Of a stretch of DNA of 64,000 nucleotides, positions 1 through 9,836 are shown piece by piece; positions within the stretch are counted from its first letter, which is position 1; each line of letters opens with the position of its first letter. Both the position numbers and the translations under genes were made by a program. The DNA comes from an uncultured Candidatus Saccharibacteria bacterium (GTDB lineage: Bacteria; Patescibacteriota; Dojkabacteria; JAOAGR01): positions 64,261 through 128,260 of the forward strand of contig CAZDBO010000002.1 in assembly GCA_964503755.1 (NCBI GenBank). The letters are read 5' to 3'. Below the pieces are notes generated by a model. It was not told where the DNA came from. It saw only the letters and a list, made by a program, of their open reading frames with translations, and did no database searches.

Positions 1-379
1 TTATAAATATAATACATAAATATCAACCGGAAATGCTTTTTACCATATATTTTTGATAGGCATACCGATCATGAGAATGCTTCTAAGATTATACGAGATG
101 TGATTTTTACTAGTGGACTAAAAATGTATAAACAGATTTTGAAAAATGGAGACCAGATACGTATTTGCATATATGTAGTGGTACGAATTTAAACCTAGTT
201 TTGTCGTTGATATCACTGATACTTTTAACACAAAAATAGACAGTTTACTTGCATACAGATCCCAATTTATACTAGATCCAAACAGGACTTTGACTGTTGA
301 TAATAATGACAACTTCTTGAAATATATAGAAGCTAGAGCAAGAGTTTATGGTTTTCATATTCAAAAAAACATATGGTGA
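1..379 (+). pseudogene. PIG-L/LmbE-family N-acetylglucosaminyl deacetylase (BshB/MshB-like), 3' fragment, frame-broken
   Basis: Frame 1 reads FLPYIFDRHTDHENASKIIRDVIFTSGLK...QIRICIYVV, then a stop. The +1 frame continues WYEFKPSFVVDITDTFNTKIDSLLAYRSQFILDPN...FLKYIEARARVYGFHIQKNIW*. This resembles the LmbE C-terminal region (HxDH motif; 'DISD...KxxAL.aY.SQ'). A frameshift lies near 160-170. The gene extends beyond the window start. Confidence 0.5.
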
Positions 380-454
380 ACCTTTTTATTCTTTGAATTA
401 TTCAGTAGGTGTATCGAATCCATTTGATTTGTTACCAAATTTCTTTTAATACCA

Positions 455-1593
455 ATGAATAGAAAAATATTGGTAGTTGCGTCATCAAATATGGGAGGCA
501 GTGGAATGGTTGCCTTTAGATTAGCAAGTGAGTTTGCTGAGCATAACATTCCAACATATTTTTAAGTTTTGATAAACCCCATTTAGATTTTATTGAAAAC
601 AAATTTAGCAAAAAGTTGAATCTACTAAACCCAAAAGTTTTCAATTATGCACTATTCAATTTTGAATTAAAAGAATCTAGTCTTGTTGAATCAATTGTAC
701 AAATAGTTCTAGAATATCAAATTACTGAGATACATAGTCATTATTCATTTGTGTATGGTTTTGCTTGTGTTAATGCAAAGAAAATATTAAAAAACGTTTA
801 TAACCTAGATGTAAAGCTCATATTAGTTTGTCATGGAACAGACGTTATAGGATACGATCCATATAACATCGGTAAAGAAGTATTTTTGCATTACAATAGA
901 TATACAATAAAGGAGGCTAATTACGTCGTCTGTGCAAGTAAAGCTTTGAAGCAATTAATTGAGAAGATATATGGTATAAATAAAGAAATAATTATCATAC
1001 CAAACTTTGTAGATTCATCTAAATTTAGAGTTATTACTGATAAAATGAGACGCCGCCCATCTGTTGTACATATTTCTAATTTTCGAGAAGTAAAACGTCC
1101 TCGTTTCGTCATAGAAATATTCAAAAAGATTAATGATAAAGTTCCTAATGCAAAACTTATAATGATAGGTACTGGTCCTTTATTAAATGACGTAATGACA
1201 TATGTTAATGAACTCGAATTATCTAATAATGTAGAGTCTGTAGGTAAATTAGAAAGTGAAGATCAAATTATCAAAATTTTGAATTCTGTTTCTTTGTGTT
1301 AAAATCCGTCCTTATTTGAGAACGCAAGCTTAGCATGTCTAGAGGCCCTCGCATGTGGTGTACCAGTAGTCTGTTCAAATATTGGCGCTTTACCAGAAAT
1401 TATTCAGGATGGATACAATGGTTACTTAGTAGATAGAGATGACTTGGAGAACTTTGCAAAAAGGTCGATTGAAATATTATCAAATGAAGAGTTATTTAAA
1501 AAACTTTCTGAGAATGCATCGAATACTATAAAAAGAAAAAATTACGTACTTTCTTATGTTGTTGATAAATATTTGGATATTTGTAAGTACTAA
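455..1593 (+). pseudogene. GT4 glycosyltransferase (BshA-like), disrupted by a frameshift near 560-566 and an in-frame TAA at 1300-1302
   Basis: The ATG at 455 gives MNRKILVVASSNMGGSGMVAFRLASEFAEHNIPTYF*. The next frame continues LSFDKPHLDF...HISNFREVKRPRFVIEIFKKI...GTGP (the BshA-like 'ISNFRxVKR' motif) and ends SVSLC*. After the in-frame TAA it reads in frame NPSLFENASLACLEALACGVPVVCSNIGALPEIIQDGYNGYLV...KY* (the GT4 C-terminal E-x7-E region). The upstream frameshift lies in a T5 homopolymer. Confidence 0.6.
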
Positions 1594-1839
1594 TAAATTA
1601 AAGTACATTTTACTGCAAGTAATCTAAATAATTCTTGAAGTTGTTTATTAAGTTGTAGTAGTTTATTATGCAAAATAATGAATTAACTTATACAGAATAT
1701 GTTGCATGATTAGTAATTATTTAATCCTTTAACTCAACTTAAACGCACTTTTTCTAATAAAATTAATTTAAAATATTTTATGCAATCTCAAAGGCAATTT
1801 TGTTTGAAAATCTTGAAATATTAAATATCTTCTCTTTGA

Positions 1840-2515
1840 TATAGATCTTTTATGCGGCCTGGTGTACCAATGACAAAATTATAAGATTTTTTAAGATGTA
1901 TTATTTGATCACGAATGTTTCTGCCACCAATTGCCAATATATAATAAATTTTGATGAATTTTCAGAATAGAAATAATTCTTGGCTAATCTGTTCGGCAAA
2001 CTCACGAGGTAGGGGCTATAATCAAGACTTTTTGTTGTGGATTTTGTGCAACTTTATTTATAACCGGTATTAAAAAAGCCGTGGTTTTGCTAGTGCCAGT
2101 ATTTGCTAAGCCAAAAACATCTCTACCATTCATAATCATAGGGATTACCTGATCTTGGATAGGAGTAGGTGAGATATAATTTCTATAAGCTAGATTTTCT
2201 TGATTTTTTGGTGTATTTGTAGGTTCTGGAAATCCCGTTAGGTATGTACTTTTCCTCTTCTATTTTTATTATTGTCTTTTTTATAAATTTATTCGGATCG
2301 ATACCTTTGGATCGAGATTTTCTAAAAGCACTTTTTCTTTTACTAATAAAACGAAATTTACCTTTATCATAATGATATATTTTCTTATCACCCACAAATT
2401 TGTTATGTTTTAAAAATTCAGGGTGATCTTTAACATACTTATTAAAAGTTATTCTTTCATTTATTTCCGAATTTTGATTCGAATTATATTTATATTTTCT
2501 TTTGTTTTCTTCCAT
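1840..2515 (-). pseudogene. DEAD-box RNA helicase remnant (N-terminal motifs only, multiple frameshifts and stops)
   Basis: The minus-strand translation gives ...LAYRNYISPTPIQDQVIPMIMNGRDVFGLANTGTSKTTAFLIPVINKVAQNPQQKVLIIAPT, the Q motif and motif I. It continues frameshifted as REFAEQISQELF and then in another frame as LAIGGRNIRDQIIHLKK.YNFVIGTPGRIKDLYQREDI. No intact C-terminal helicase domain follows. The Lys-rich 110-aa ORF 2183..2515 may be its N-terminal extension in another frame. Confidence 0.5.
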
Positions 2516-2860
2516 ATTTTTTATTCCAAAAGATTTATCATACTTATGGTGATACTTTTTCTAAAATTGGCATAAAACAATATTTTCAAAATACCGCCAT
2601 AATATTCATTTTCCAACCAGCTTTATTAAAAAGCTAATTAAAAAATATAAAAGCACACATCTAATGATAAACAAATTAGATACTTGCTCCCTATATAATA
2701 GGACAATTTGTATTCAAATTAATAAGTAATTTATTATACAAAAATAAGTCGAACAGAAATACAATTAGGATACTATCACGTATAAGTCTAAAAATCAAAT
2801 AAACTCTAATTATTTTATATTTAGTCATTTTTGAAATTTTTCTTGTTGCTACTTTTATAA

Positions 2861-3211
2861 TCAAAGGTAAGATCTAATAAGATCAACCAACTCTTCATCA
2901 CTCAATTGATCTGCAGAAAGATTTACGGTGTCATTCCAGTTTTTCCAAAATTCTGGAGTATCCTCGGGTAAATCTAATTCTAGGCCTAATTGAGTTGTAA
3001 TATCTCTAGGATCTAGAACTAAATCACCGACTTCAATTTCAAAATTATACACATCTTTTTTACCAAATTGATGAGTAAACTTTAATTCAAATTGATCAGT
3101 ATTAAAAAAAATAACTTTCCATTTGCATAATCGCTGTTGTACATTATCTGATTCGAGCATATTTCTGAGGATTCTATATATATTTAATATTGTTTCACCT
3201 TCTGGTGGCAA
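2861..3211 (-). CDS. hypothetical protein (acidic C-terminus), TTG start
   Basis: A 116-aa ORF with no recognisable motifs. The start codon at 3209-3211 is TTG, and there is no in-frame ATG upstream before a TGA. Confidence 0.35.
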   Translation of the reverse strand: MPPEGETILNIYRILRNMLESDNVQQRLCKWKVIFFNTDQFELKFTHQFGKKDVYNFEIEVGDLVLDPRDITTQLGLELDLPEDTPEFWKNWNDTVNLSADQLSDEELVDLIRSYL

Positions 3212-3418
3212 TTTTGTACTATACTCTTTCCTATATTCACCTATATAATCACCTGCTTTTGCATTATTTCAGGGTATCCGTTTGTGATTCTTATTCTTGT
3301 ATCTAGATCTTTTCTATAGTAGTCTGTTATCTGTATCGCAAGCCTTCTTTTAAACTTCGGTTCTCCAAATTTTTTTTGAAAATTCGTATTGATTCATTAA
3401 ATTTTTCTTCGGTTATCA

Positions 3419-4555
3419 ATGATAAGATTTCTTTTTCGAGTATATATAGGAAAATATATTAAGATAATTGAAAAAGTGCAAACATCTGATTTGATTATTA
3501 TAAAAGCAAAGAACGTATTAAATAAAAGATGTTTTATAATTATAGAACATTATCTAACTATGAAACTAAATGAAGAAAAATTTTATCAAGCACTAGAAAA
3601 CATATTCACTGGAGCAGAAATTTAAGGTGATTCTGGATATATAAATTTATTAAAAATAAAATCAAAGTATTATAAACTTGTCCTTCCTCAATTTAAAAAC
3701 GAAGTAGATGAAAATCCTATTATTACAGATTCTTTTAAAGAGGAATTTTTTGATAGATTATATTCTTTTTTGAAAAATACTTTTCCGAATCAGGAAGCGT
3801 CTATTTTGTTAAAACCGCACATTAGCAAAGAGTTTATAAACAAGTTTATACCGATGATAGAGATGTTGTACTTTTTTGGAAAACACACATGCTTTATTAT
3901 GTAAAAAGTGATATTCTGTTTCAAAGTATAGATGTAACGGCTACCGATGAACAAACTAATCTAGATTATCATTTCTTTTTTGACGTATGATCATTACAAA
4001 ACAAAAAGAATAACGAAAAAAGAGAGATTATATTTACCTTTAGAGAGATCAAAGAAGAAAAAAACAGTGTAGATCTTATCAACAACAGAGAAGGGGGGGA
4101 AAAAGTATTTGTCTTTGATGTTAGATATAGCGAAAAAGGTACACAGACAAAAACAGATGAGATCGTCAAAGCAACAAAAATCCCCGAAGAAATCCTAGAA
4201 AAGCATTCAGGACATTCAAAAAGCAATCAGAGGTAGATTTTTTTATCAACAAAAATGTTGAAAAATTCTTAACCGAACAGCTTGATTTATATCTTCATCA
4301 GATTTTACTTGCTGAAGAAAATAAATTCGACCAAAAAGACTGGAACAACTCAAAACAATAAAAACGTATGCTCTCAAAATTATTAAATTTATTCCATAAT
4401 TTGAAGATGAACTTGTGAGAGTGTGAAATAAACCAAAGTTTGTTTTGAATTCTAACTATGTAATCACTCTTGATAAACTCACTGATGAAATAATAAACAA
4501 AATTTTATAACATCCCAATTTTGTAGAGCAAATCAAGGAATGGAAGGAGCTTGGG
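3419..4555 (+). pseudogene. frame-broken ORF fragments upstream of mod (degraded N-terminal part of an R-M gene or separate decayed gene)
   Basis: Long reading stretches are interrupted by an in-frame TAA at 3623-3625. Frames switch several times (for example ...NNREGGEKVFVFDVRYSEKGTQTKTDEIVKATKIPEEILEKH..., ...DFFINKNVEKFLTEQLDLYLHQILLAEENKFDQKDWNNSKQ*, ...VITLDKLTDEIINKIL*HPNFVEQIKEWKELG-MVDENF). An in-frame TAA at 4508-4510 lies directly upstream of the mod ATG. Confidence 0.3.
4094..4100. repeat. G7 homopolymer tract followed by A5 inside the degraded ORF region
   Basis: The sequence ...acagagaagggggggaaaaagtat... is read directly. It is a rare G-run in an AT-rich sequence, and it sits where the reading frame changes. 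Confidence 0.6.
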
Positions 4556-6457
4556 ATGGTGGATGAAAATTTCCCTTTTGTAAAAGGGGTGGACGCTTCT
4601 GCAGACGGAGCATCTGATTCCCCTTCACTTAAAAGAGCGGCATTGCAAAACAATTACGGTACATTAAATCACCCTTTAGATCAAGAAGAAACATCACAAA
4701 GTAACGACGCCACCTCCAATTCCCATTTATCTAAAGTGATAGCATCGCAACGCGATGACGGGATATCAAATAAAACAAAATTTATAACCCTGCGACACGA
4801 CAAAGAGATATTTAAATTGCCATTTAATCCCAAGCTCAAAGCAAGAGCCAGAGAACTTAGAAAAGCAGGAAATTTAGCTGAAGTTTTGTTTTGGAATGAA
4901 ATAGAGCAAAATAAGCTAGGTTTTGACTTTACAAGGCAACAAATAATTGGAAATTATATCGTAGATTTTTATTGTCCAAAATTAAGATTAGTAATAGAAA
5001 TAGATGGCTCTAATCATGATGATAAAGGCGAGTATGATGAAACAAGAGAAGAGTATCTCAAATCTCTAGGTCTTCACATTATTCATTTTTTAGATTCAGA
5101 TGTAAAGCAAAATTTATCCGGCGTAATTGAAAGTTTGATAGATCATATAAAAAATATTTCTTTTTCAAAAAGAGTACCTGAGCAAATCGAAGAAATAAAC
5201 ACCTCGTATCCATTCGAAAGAGTGGAATTGAATACCCCGCCAACTTCGTTGGCACCCCTTTTGAAAAAAGGGGAATATATGTGTCTTCCTATTGATACTA
5301 AGTATTTCAAGGATTTAGAGATAGAGGTTTTGAGTTTGTTTGATAATCTCGATGAAGCTCTGGATGGTAGGCTGATACACTCTGAAAACTATCAAGCTCT
5401 AAATACACTACTGCCAAAATTTAAGGAAAAAGTTGAGGCCATTTATATTGATCCGCCGTTTAATTTGGATTCTTCTGATCAATTTATGTATAAGACAAAC
5501 TATAAAGATGCCAACTGGGCAACACTTCTTCAAAATAGGATTAGAATTGCAAGAGAATGGCTTAATGAAAAAGGGAGTACTTTTGTGAGATGTGATTATA
5601 ATGGAAAATGGATTGTGAGATGCTTGATGGATGAGATTTTTGGGAAAGAGAATTTTAGGAATGAGATAATCTTGAACAGATCAGGAATACCACGGAGTTT
5701 TATGTACTTTAAATTTAATCCTGCTACATATAGTTTATTCCTATACGGCAAAACTGAAATTTCTAAAATTTACCCGGTTAAAATCCAACGTGACAAAGAA
5801 AAAATTAAATGGATACCTATGCACATCCATAAGGAAAATAGGCTCATGAACAGAATTAAAATTGACAATGAAGAGTTTATTGCACCGAAAGGAAGACATT
5901 TTCCATCACAAAATTTGGTTAACACTCTTTTTTCAGAAAACCGGATTAAAATATTAGAAAAAGAATATGTAGATGTTTTTGGTAATAAACAAACAAGAAT
6001 GCCTTACTATCTACCAAAGGATTTTGATATTTTGGAATCTAATTGGACAGATATACCAGGTTATTCACAAACTCAAGGTTTCTCCACCGAAAACTCCGCG
6101 ATTCTTCTTAAACGTGTCACAGAATCTACATCCTACAAAGGTGATTTAATTATGGACTTTTTTCTTGGTTATGGGACAACAACAGCCGTTGCTCATAAAC
6201 TTGGTAGAAAATGGATTGGGGTTGAAATGGGTGAACATTTTTATACTGTGGTTTTGCCAAGAATGAAAAAGGTTTTGTTTTACGACAAATCGGGCATTTC
6301 CAAAGAAAAAGATGTAAAAGAAAACTACAATAAAAACAAAGCTGGTGGCTTTTTCAAATACTACGATTTAAAACAGTATGAAGATACACTTCGTAATATG
6401 AAATACAAAGATTATGATCAAAACGAACTCTTTGCTGATAAGAAAAAAGTTTTTTGA
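4556..6457 (+). CDS. mod: Type III-like Mod DNA methyltransferase (beta-class N6-adenine/N4-cytosine family) with N-terminal DUF559 (Vsr-like PD-(D/E)xK) endonuclease domain
   Basis: The DUF559 signature is LPFNPKLKARARELRKAGNLAEVLFWNEIEQNKLGFDFTRQQIIGNYIVDFYCPKLRLVIEIDGSNHD. Then come the DPPY-type motif IV (IYIDPPFN), the Mod-family 'LMDEIFGKENFRNEII' block, and motif I FxGxG-like DFFLGYGTTTAVAHKLGRKWIGVE. The motif order IV then I is typical of beta-class/Type III Mod enzymes. An in-frame TAA lies 48 nt upstream of the ATG. Confidence 0.65.
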   Translation: MVDENFPFVKGVDASADGASDSPSLKRAALQNNYGTLNHPLDQEETSQSNDATSNSHLSKVIASQRDDGISNKTKFITLRHDKEIFKLPFNPKLKARARELRKAGNLAEVLFWNEIEQNKLGFDFTRQQIIGNYIVDFYCPKLRLVIEIDGSNHDDKGEYDETREEYLKSLGLHIIHFLDSDVKQNLSGVIESLIDHIKNISFSKRVPEQIEEINTSYPFERVELNTPPTSLAPLLKKGEYMCLPIDTKYFKDLEIEVLSLFDNLDEALDGRLIHSENYQALNTLLPKFKEKVEAIYIDPPFNLDSSDQFMYKTNYKDANWATLLQNRIRIAREWLNEKGSTFVRCDYNGKWIVRCLMDEIFGKENFRNEIILNRSGIPRSFMYFKFNPATYSLFLYGKTEISKIYPVKIQRDKEKIKWIPMHIHKENRLMNRIKIDNEEFIAPKGRHFPSQNLVNTLFSENRIKILEKEYVDVFGNKQTRMPYYLPKDFDILESNWTDIPGYSQTQGFSTENSAILLKRVTESTSYKGDLIMDFFLGYGTTTAVAHKLGRKWIGVEMGEHFYTVVLPRMKKVLFYDKSGISKEKDVKENYNKNKAGGFFKYYDLKQYEDTLRNMKYKDYDQNELFADKKKVF

Positions 6458-6594
6458 ACAGTATATCTTTTTTGCAGATCAAAAATTTGCACATGTACTA
6501 GAAGTTAATTCACCTTTAAATAAATGAGGGCCATCCCAATGCGACGATGTGGTATCAAATTCTCCTTTTTATTGTCTCTATGAGCTTCATGTAA

Positions 6595-8068
6595 AAGCCC
6601 TTTGGATCGATCAAAATAGGTGATACCAAAAAGTTTCAAAAGGATCGACTTGGACCAAATTATATCTTAATAAAAAGTTTTGAGAGTAAAAAATATTTTG
6701 AGAAAATCAATGAAATTGATGATGTAAATTTATTACTTGGTAGTCGAAGCTTTTACGAAGGATGGGATAGCAACCGTCCAAATGTAATTGAATTTATAAA
6801 TATAGGAAAAGGTGATGCAAAAAAGTACGTACTACAAGCCATTTGGACGTGGTATCCGTATAGAACCATACAAAGGTCAAAGAAAAACATTAGAAAAAGG
6901 AGATTCAAATAAAGATATCTTACTAGAAACATTATTTGTTTATGGTAACTAATAAAAAGTCAATACAATCCATTATCGAAACAGCAGAAAATGAAAAAAA
7001 TAAAGATGAAGTTGAAATATCCCTTTTTGAAAACGAGAATAAACCATTTGATTTACTCATTCCTGTGTATAAAGAAATACACGACAACTTCAGATTAGCA
7101 AAATTTAATATTTCAAGCACAGTTTAGAAAATTTTAAAAGATATGTAAATTCATTTGATATTAATACTTTGCTTATAAAGACAAAAATATCCAAAAAAAA
7201 TTTAGAATTGCTGCTTGAAAGTATAAAAAATAATGATCTTTTTCAAATCAAAGAAGAGAATGTATTCACAGACATGGATTTATTGCTACAAAGAGTTATA
7301 AATCATCTTTCTATTAAAAAACAAATTGTTGATGATATAAAAAAATTCTCTGATGAAATAATTCATTTCAAGCATATAAAAGTAAAAAATTTTAGTGAAG
7401 AAGAGATTTCGTCCTTCAAAGAAAAAATAGATAAAGTTAAAAATTTTATTCCAGCTGATAAAAAAGAAATTGCTCGCAAATTTGCAGAAGGAGAAATAGA
7501 TGAACAAGAATTTCAAAAGCAAATCTCTGCTCTAAGTGAAGATATATTCAAAGATCTCAAAATTAAGAAAATCGCTAGACACTATTACTTACTAATAGTT
7601 TACTCTATTCGTCAAAAAGCGGATTACATAAATCATATCATCAATACTCTAAGCGAGATAAAATTTATAGAAAATTTAGAGAAATATTTACAAAGAAATA
7701 CAGCAGGATTTGAATGGATGTTTAGTAAACTAGATCAAAATCTAGATAAATTTTATATTCCTTACTTTCATAGTCAAGATAACAGCTATCGCAAGTTCTA
7801 TCCTGATTTTATCTTTTAGATTTGCAAAGAAAATACGTATAACATAGTTTTTATTGATCCAAAAAGTACGAGTTATAGTGATTATCAAAATAAAATTGAT
7901 GAATTTGAAAGGCTGTTTTATGAAAATGAAAAGCCAAAAGTTTTCATATACAAAAACTACAATATTACTTTTGATTTGAAATTAGTCACTTCTGACATAA
8001 ACCAAATAAGTGAAAAATACAAAAATTATTGGCTAAATGATGGTGATTTTTATTTTTTAAATATATGA
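6595..8068 (+). pseudogene. Type III restriction enzyme Res subunit, C-terminal half only, frame-broken
   Basis: Helicase C-terminal motifs LLLGSRSFYEGWDSNRPNVIEF and, after a frameshift, QAIGRGIRIEPYKGQ (motif VI QxxGRxxR). Further ORF pieces follow (6936..7127 and 7169..7819), ending ...YPDFIF, then an in-frame TAG at 7817-7819, then ICKENTYNIVFIDPKS... (a PD-(D/E)xK-like endonuclease tail). The N-terminal helicase half (motifs I-III) is absent between the mod stop at 6457 and 6595. Confidence 0.5.
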
Positions 8069-8224
8069 TATATCTCTGATAAATATGATTTTAATTTTCA
8101 AAAAATCATTTAAGTTACATTATGCAAAAAGAATAACAAAATTGTTTTATTCTCTTAGTAAAATATAGTAAAGCAATTTTGAACATCTAAAAAATATAAA
8201 TTTTCTGCATCAATTTTATAAAAT

Positions 8225-8251
8225 AAAACCCCCTTTTCAAAAGGGGGTTTA
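8225..8251. terminator. Rho-independent terminator hairpin downstream of hup
   Basis: The hairpin is AAAACCCCCTTTTCAAAAGGGGGTTT: a GC stem flanked by A/T runs, immediately 3' of the minus-strand HU gene. Confidence 0.7.
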
Positions 8252-8274
8252 GTATCATTAGACCTTATTCCCAA

Positions 8275-8565
8275 TTATTTACCCATTGCTTTCGCAACTC
8301 TTTCTTTGAGTGACTTACCAGCTTTGAATCCTGGGATTATGGATTCTGGCAAATCAATCTTTTGTGATGGATTTCTAGGATTGACACCTTTTCTTGCTCT
8401 TCTTCTGCGTACTACAAACGCACCAAAACCAGTCAAGTTTACCTTTTCACCAGCTTCCAATGCCTCAGCTACTGACTCAAGCATTGCATCGATAGCCTCT
8501 TTTGATTGTTTTAGTGTCATTCCTGTTTTGGCTTGCACTTTGCGTGCTAAATCCATTATGAGCAT
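8275..8565 (-). CDS. hup: DNA-binding protein HU
   Basis: A 96-aa protein with the HU/IHF signature ...GFGAFVVRRRRARKGVNPRNPSQKIDLPESIIPGFKAGKSLK. It ends with TAA. Confidence 0.85.
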   Translation of the reverse strand: MLIMDLARKVQAKTGMTLKQSKEAIDAMLESVAEALEAGEKVNLTGFGAFVVRRRRARKGVNPRNPSQKIDLPESIIPGFKAGKSLKERVAKAMGK

Positions 8566-8658
8566 AGCTTTTTACCTCCTTTCCTTATTAAGATGGTATA
8601 AATATAGGACAATTTTTGAATTTTGCAAATAGCTAGCTTATAAATAGATATCTGTACA

Positions 8659-9027
8659 ATGCCAAATAACAATACAACAAAAAAACTGAACAACACCGCA
8701 AAAGGCAAAAAAGGTGAATATATAGCCAAAAAATACATTATTTCAAAAGGTATAAATATCATTGCGGAAAATTATCATTCTATTTATGGTGAGATAGACA
8801 TCATCGGAGAAAAAGATAAAAAATTATTCTTTTTTGAAGTAAAACTAAGAAATAATCAGAAATTCGGTGAAGCCAAAGAAAGTATAACCAAATCTAAATT
8901 AGATAAATTACATAAAACTATACTCGATTGGCTCTTAAAAAATGAAAAATATGCTGATTACGAAATGCATCTTATACTCATAGCTATCGATAAAAATAAA
9001 ATCTCAGCCTTCGAAATCACCCAATAA
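8659..9027 (+). CDS. yraN: YraN-family (UPF0102) endonuclease
   Basis: ...GEIDIIGEKDKKLFFFEVKLRNN...ESITKSKLDKLHKT... matches the UPF0102 pattern (GEIDLIA...LVFVEVK.R). Confidence 0.55.
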   Translation: MPNNNTTKKLNNTAKGKKGEYIAKKYIISKGINIIAENYHSIYGEIDIIGEKDKKLFFFEVKLRNNQKFGEAKESITKSKLDKLHKTILDWLLKNEKYADYEMHLILIAIDKNKISAFEITQ

Positions 9028-9049
9028 TACTTTTAATACTTTTAATTAT

Positions 9050-9836
9050 GACTCCATGGTTAGCCATGGAGTCACTTACTTAAGATATTTGTTTAAATTA
9101 AAATACAACTACGAGGTAAATTGTTAATTAAACTTGATTCTAATCACATTTGCAAAGTTAAATGTATCCCCTTGGTTTACCGTGGGGACAAAAACTTAAC
9201 CACAAAATCTAAAAATATATATTGAATAATAATTTTAACGAAATTAAATAAGATCCAATGGTGTACCATGGGGCCAAAAGTAAAAATACCAAATCAATCA
9301 CCAAATCTAAACCTATAAAATTATTTGATAATAATTTCAATAAAATTGAGACCATATTATTATTATCATAATAAAAATGCTTTTTTAATTTCTTACTGAT
9401 TTTCAACGAAATAGTTTGAGACCCCGTGGTTTACCCTGGGATAAAAATTAACAATACACACTTAAACAATAAATCTAAATCCACAAAATTATTTGATAAT
9501 AACTACAATAAAATTGTAACTTAATTACTATCTTCATAAAATAATTTATTTAAATTTTCCACCAATTTTAAAGACATTAAATGAGATATCATGGTTTGCC
9601 ATGTAGTAAAAATTAAAATTGCCAAAAATAAGAATTGTCAAAATTAAAAAATATCAAAAGTAAAGGTAGACAAGATTAAACGTACAATCCGAACTTTGAC
9701 TTAGACTCAATCTTATTAATCTCTTTATCATCTTCTCAAAGACTAAATCAAATATTTAGCTATCTAATTTAAATAAATCTTATTCGGTAGTATTTCCAAG
9801 AATTAAAAGTAACCCCATGGTTAACCATGGGGTTAC
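9050..9836. repeat. cluster of six GC-rich CCATGG-core palindromes (approx. 9050-9073, 9166-9188, 9253-9275, 9419-9440, 9587-9603, 9809-9836) interleaved with three copies of an AT-rich direct repeat of about 50 bp (AAATCTAAA...ATTATTTGATAATAA.T.CAATAAAATTG)
   Basis: Read directly. Perfect palindromes include GACTCCATGGTTAGCCATGGAGTC and GTAACCCCATGGTTAACCATGGGGTTAC; the others are imperfect variants. The 845-bp region between the convergent genes yraN and the SpoU methyltransferase has no ORF. Confidence 0.7.

Noticed and set aside
118-549. Small minus-strand ORFs 118..312 and 361..549
   Set aside because: They overlap the plus-strand LmbE and GT4 fragments, which have clear family similarity. 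They show no features of their own.
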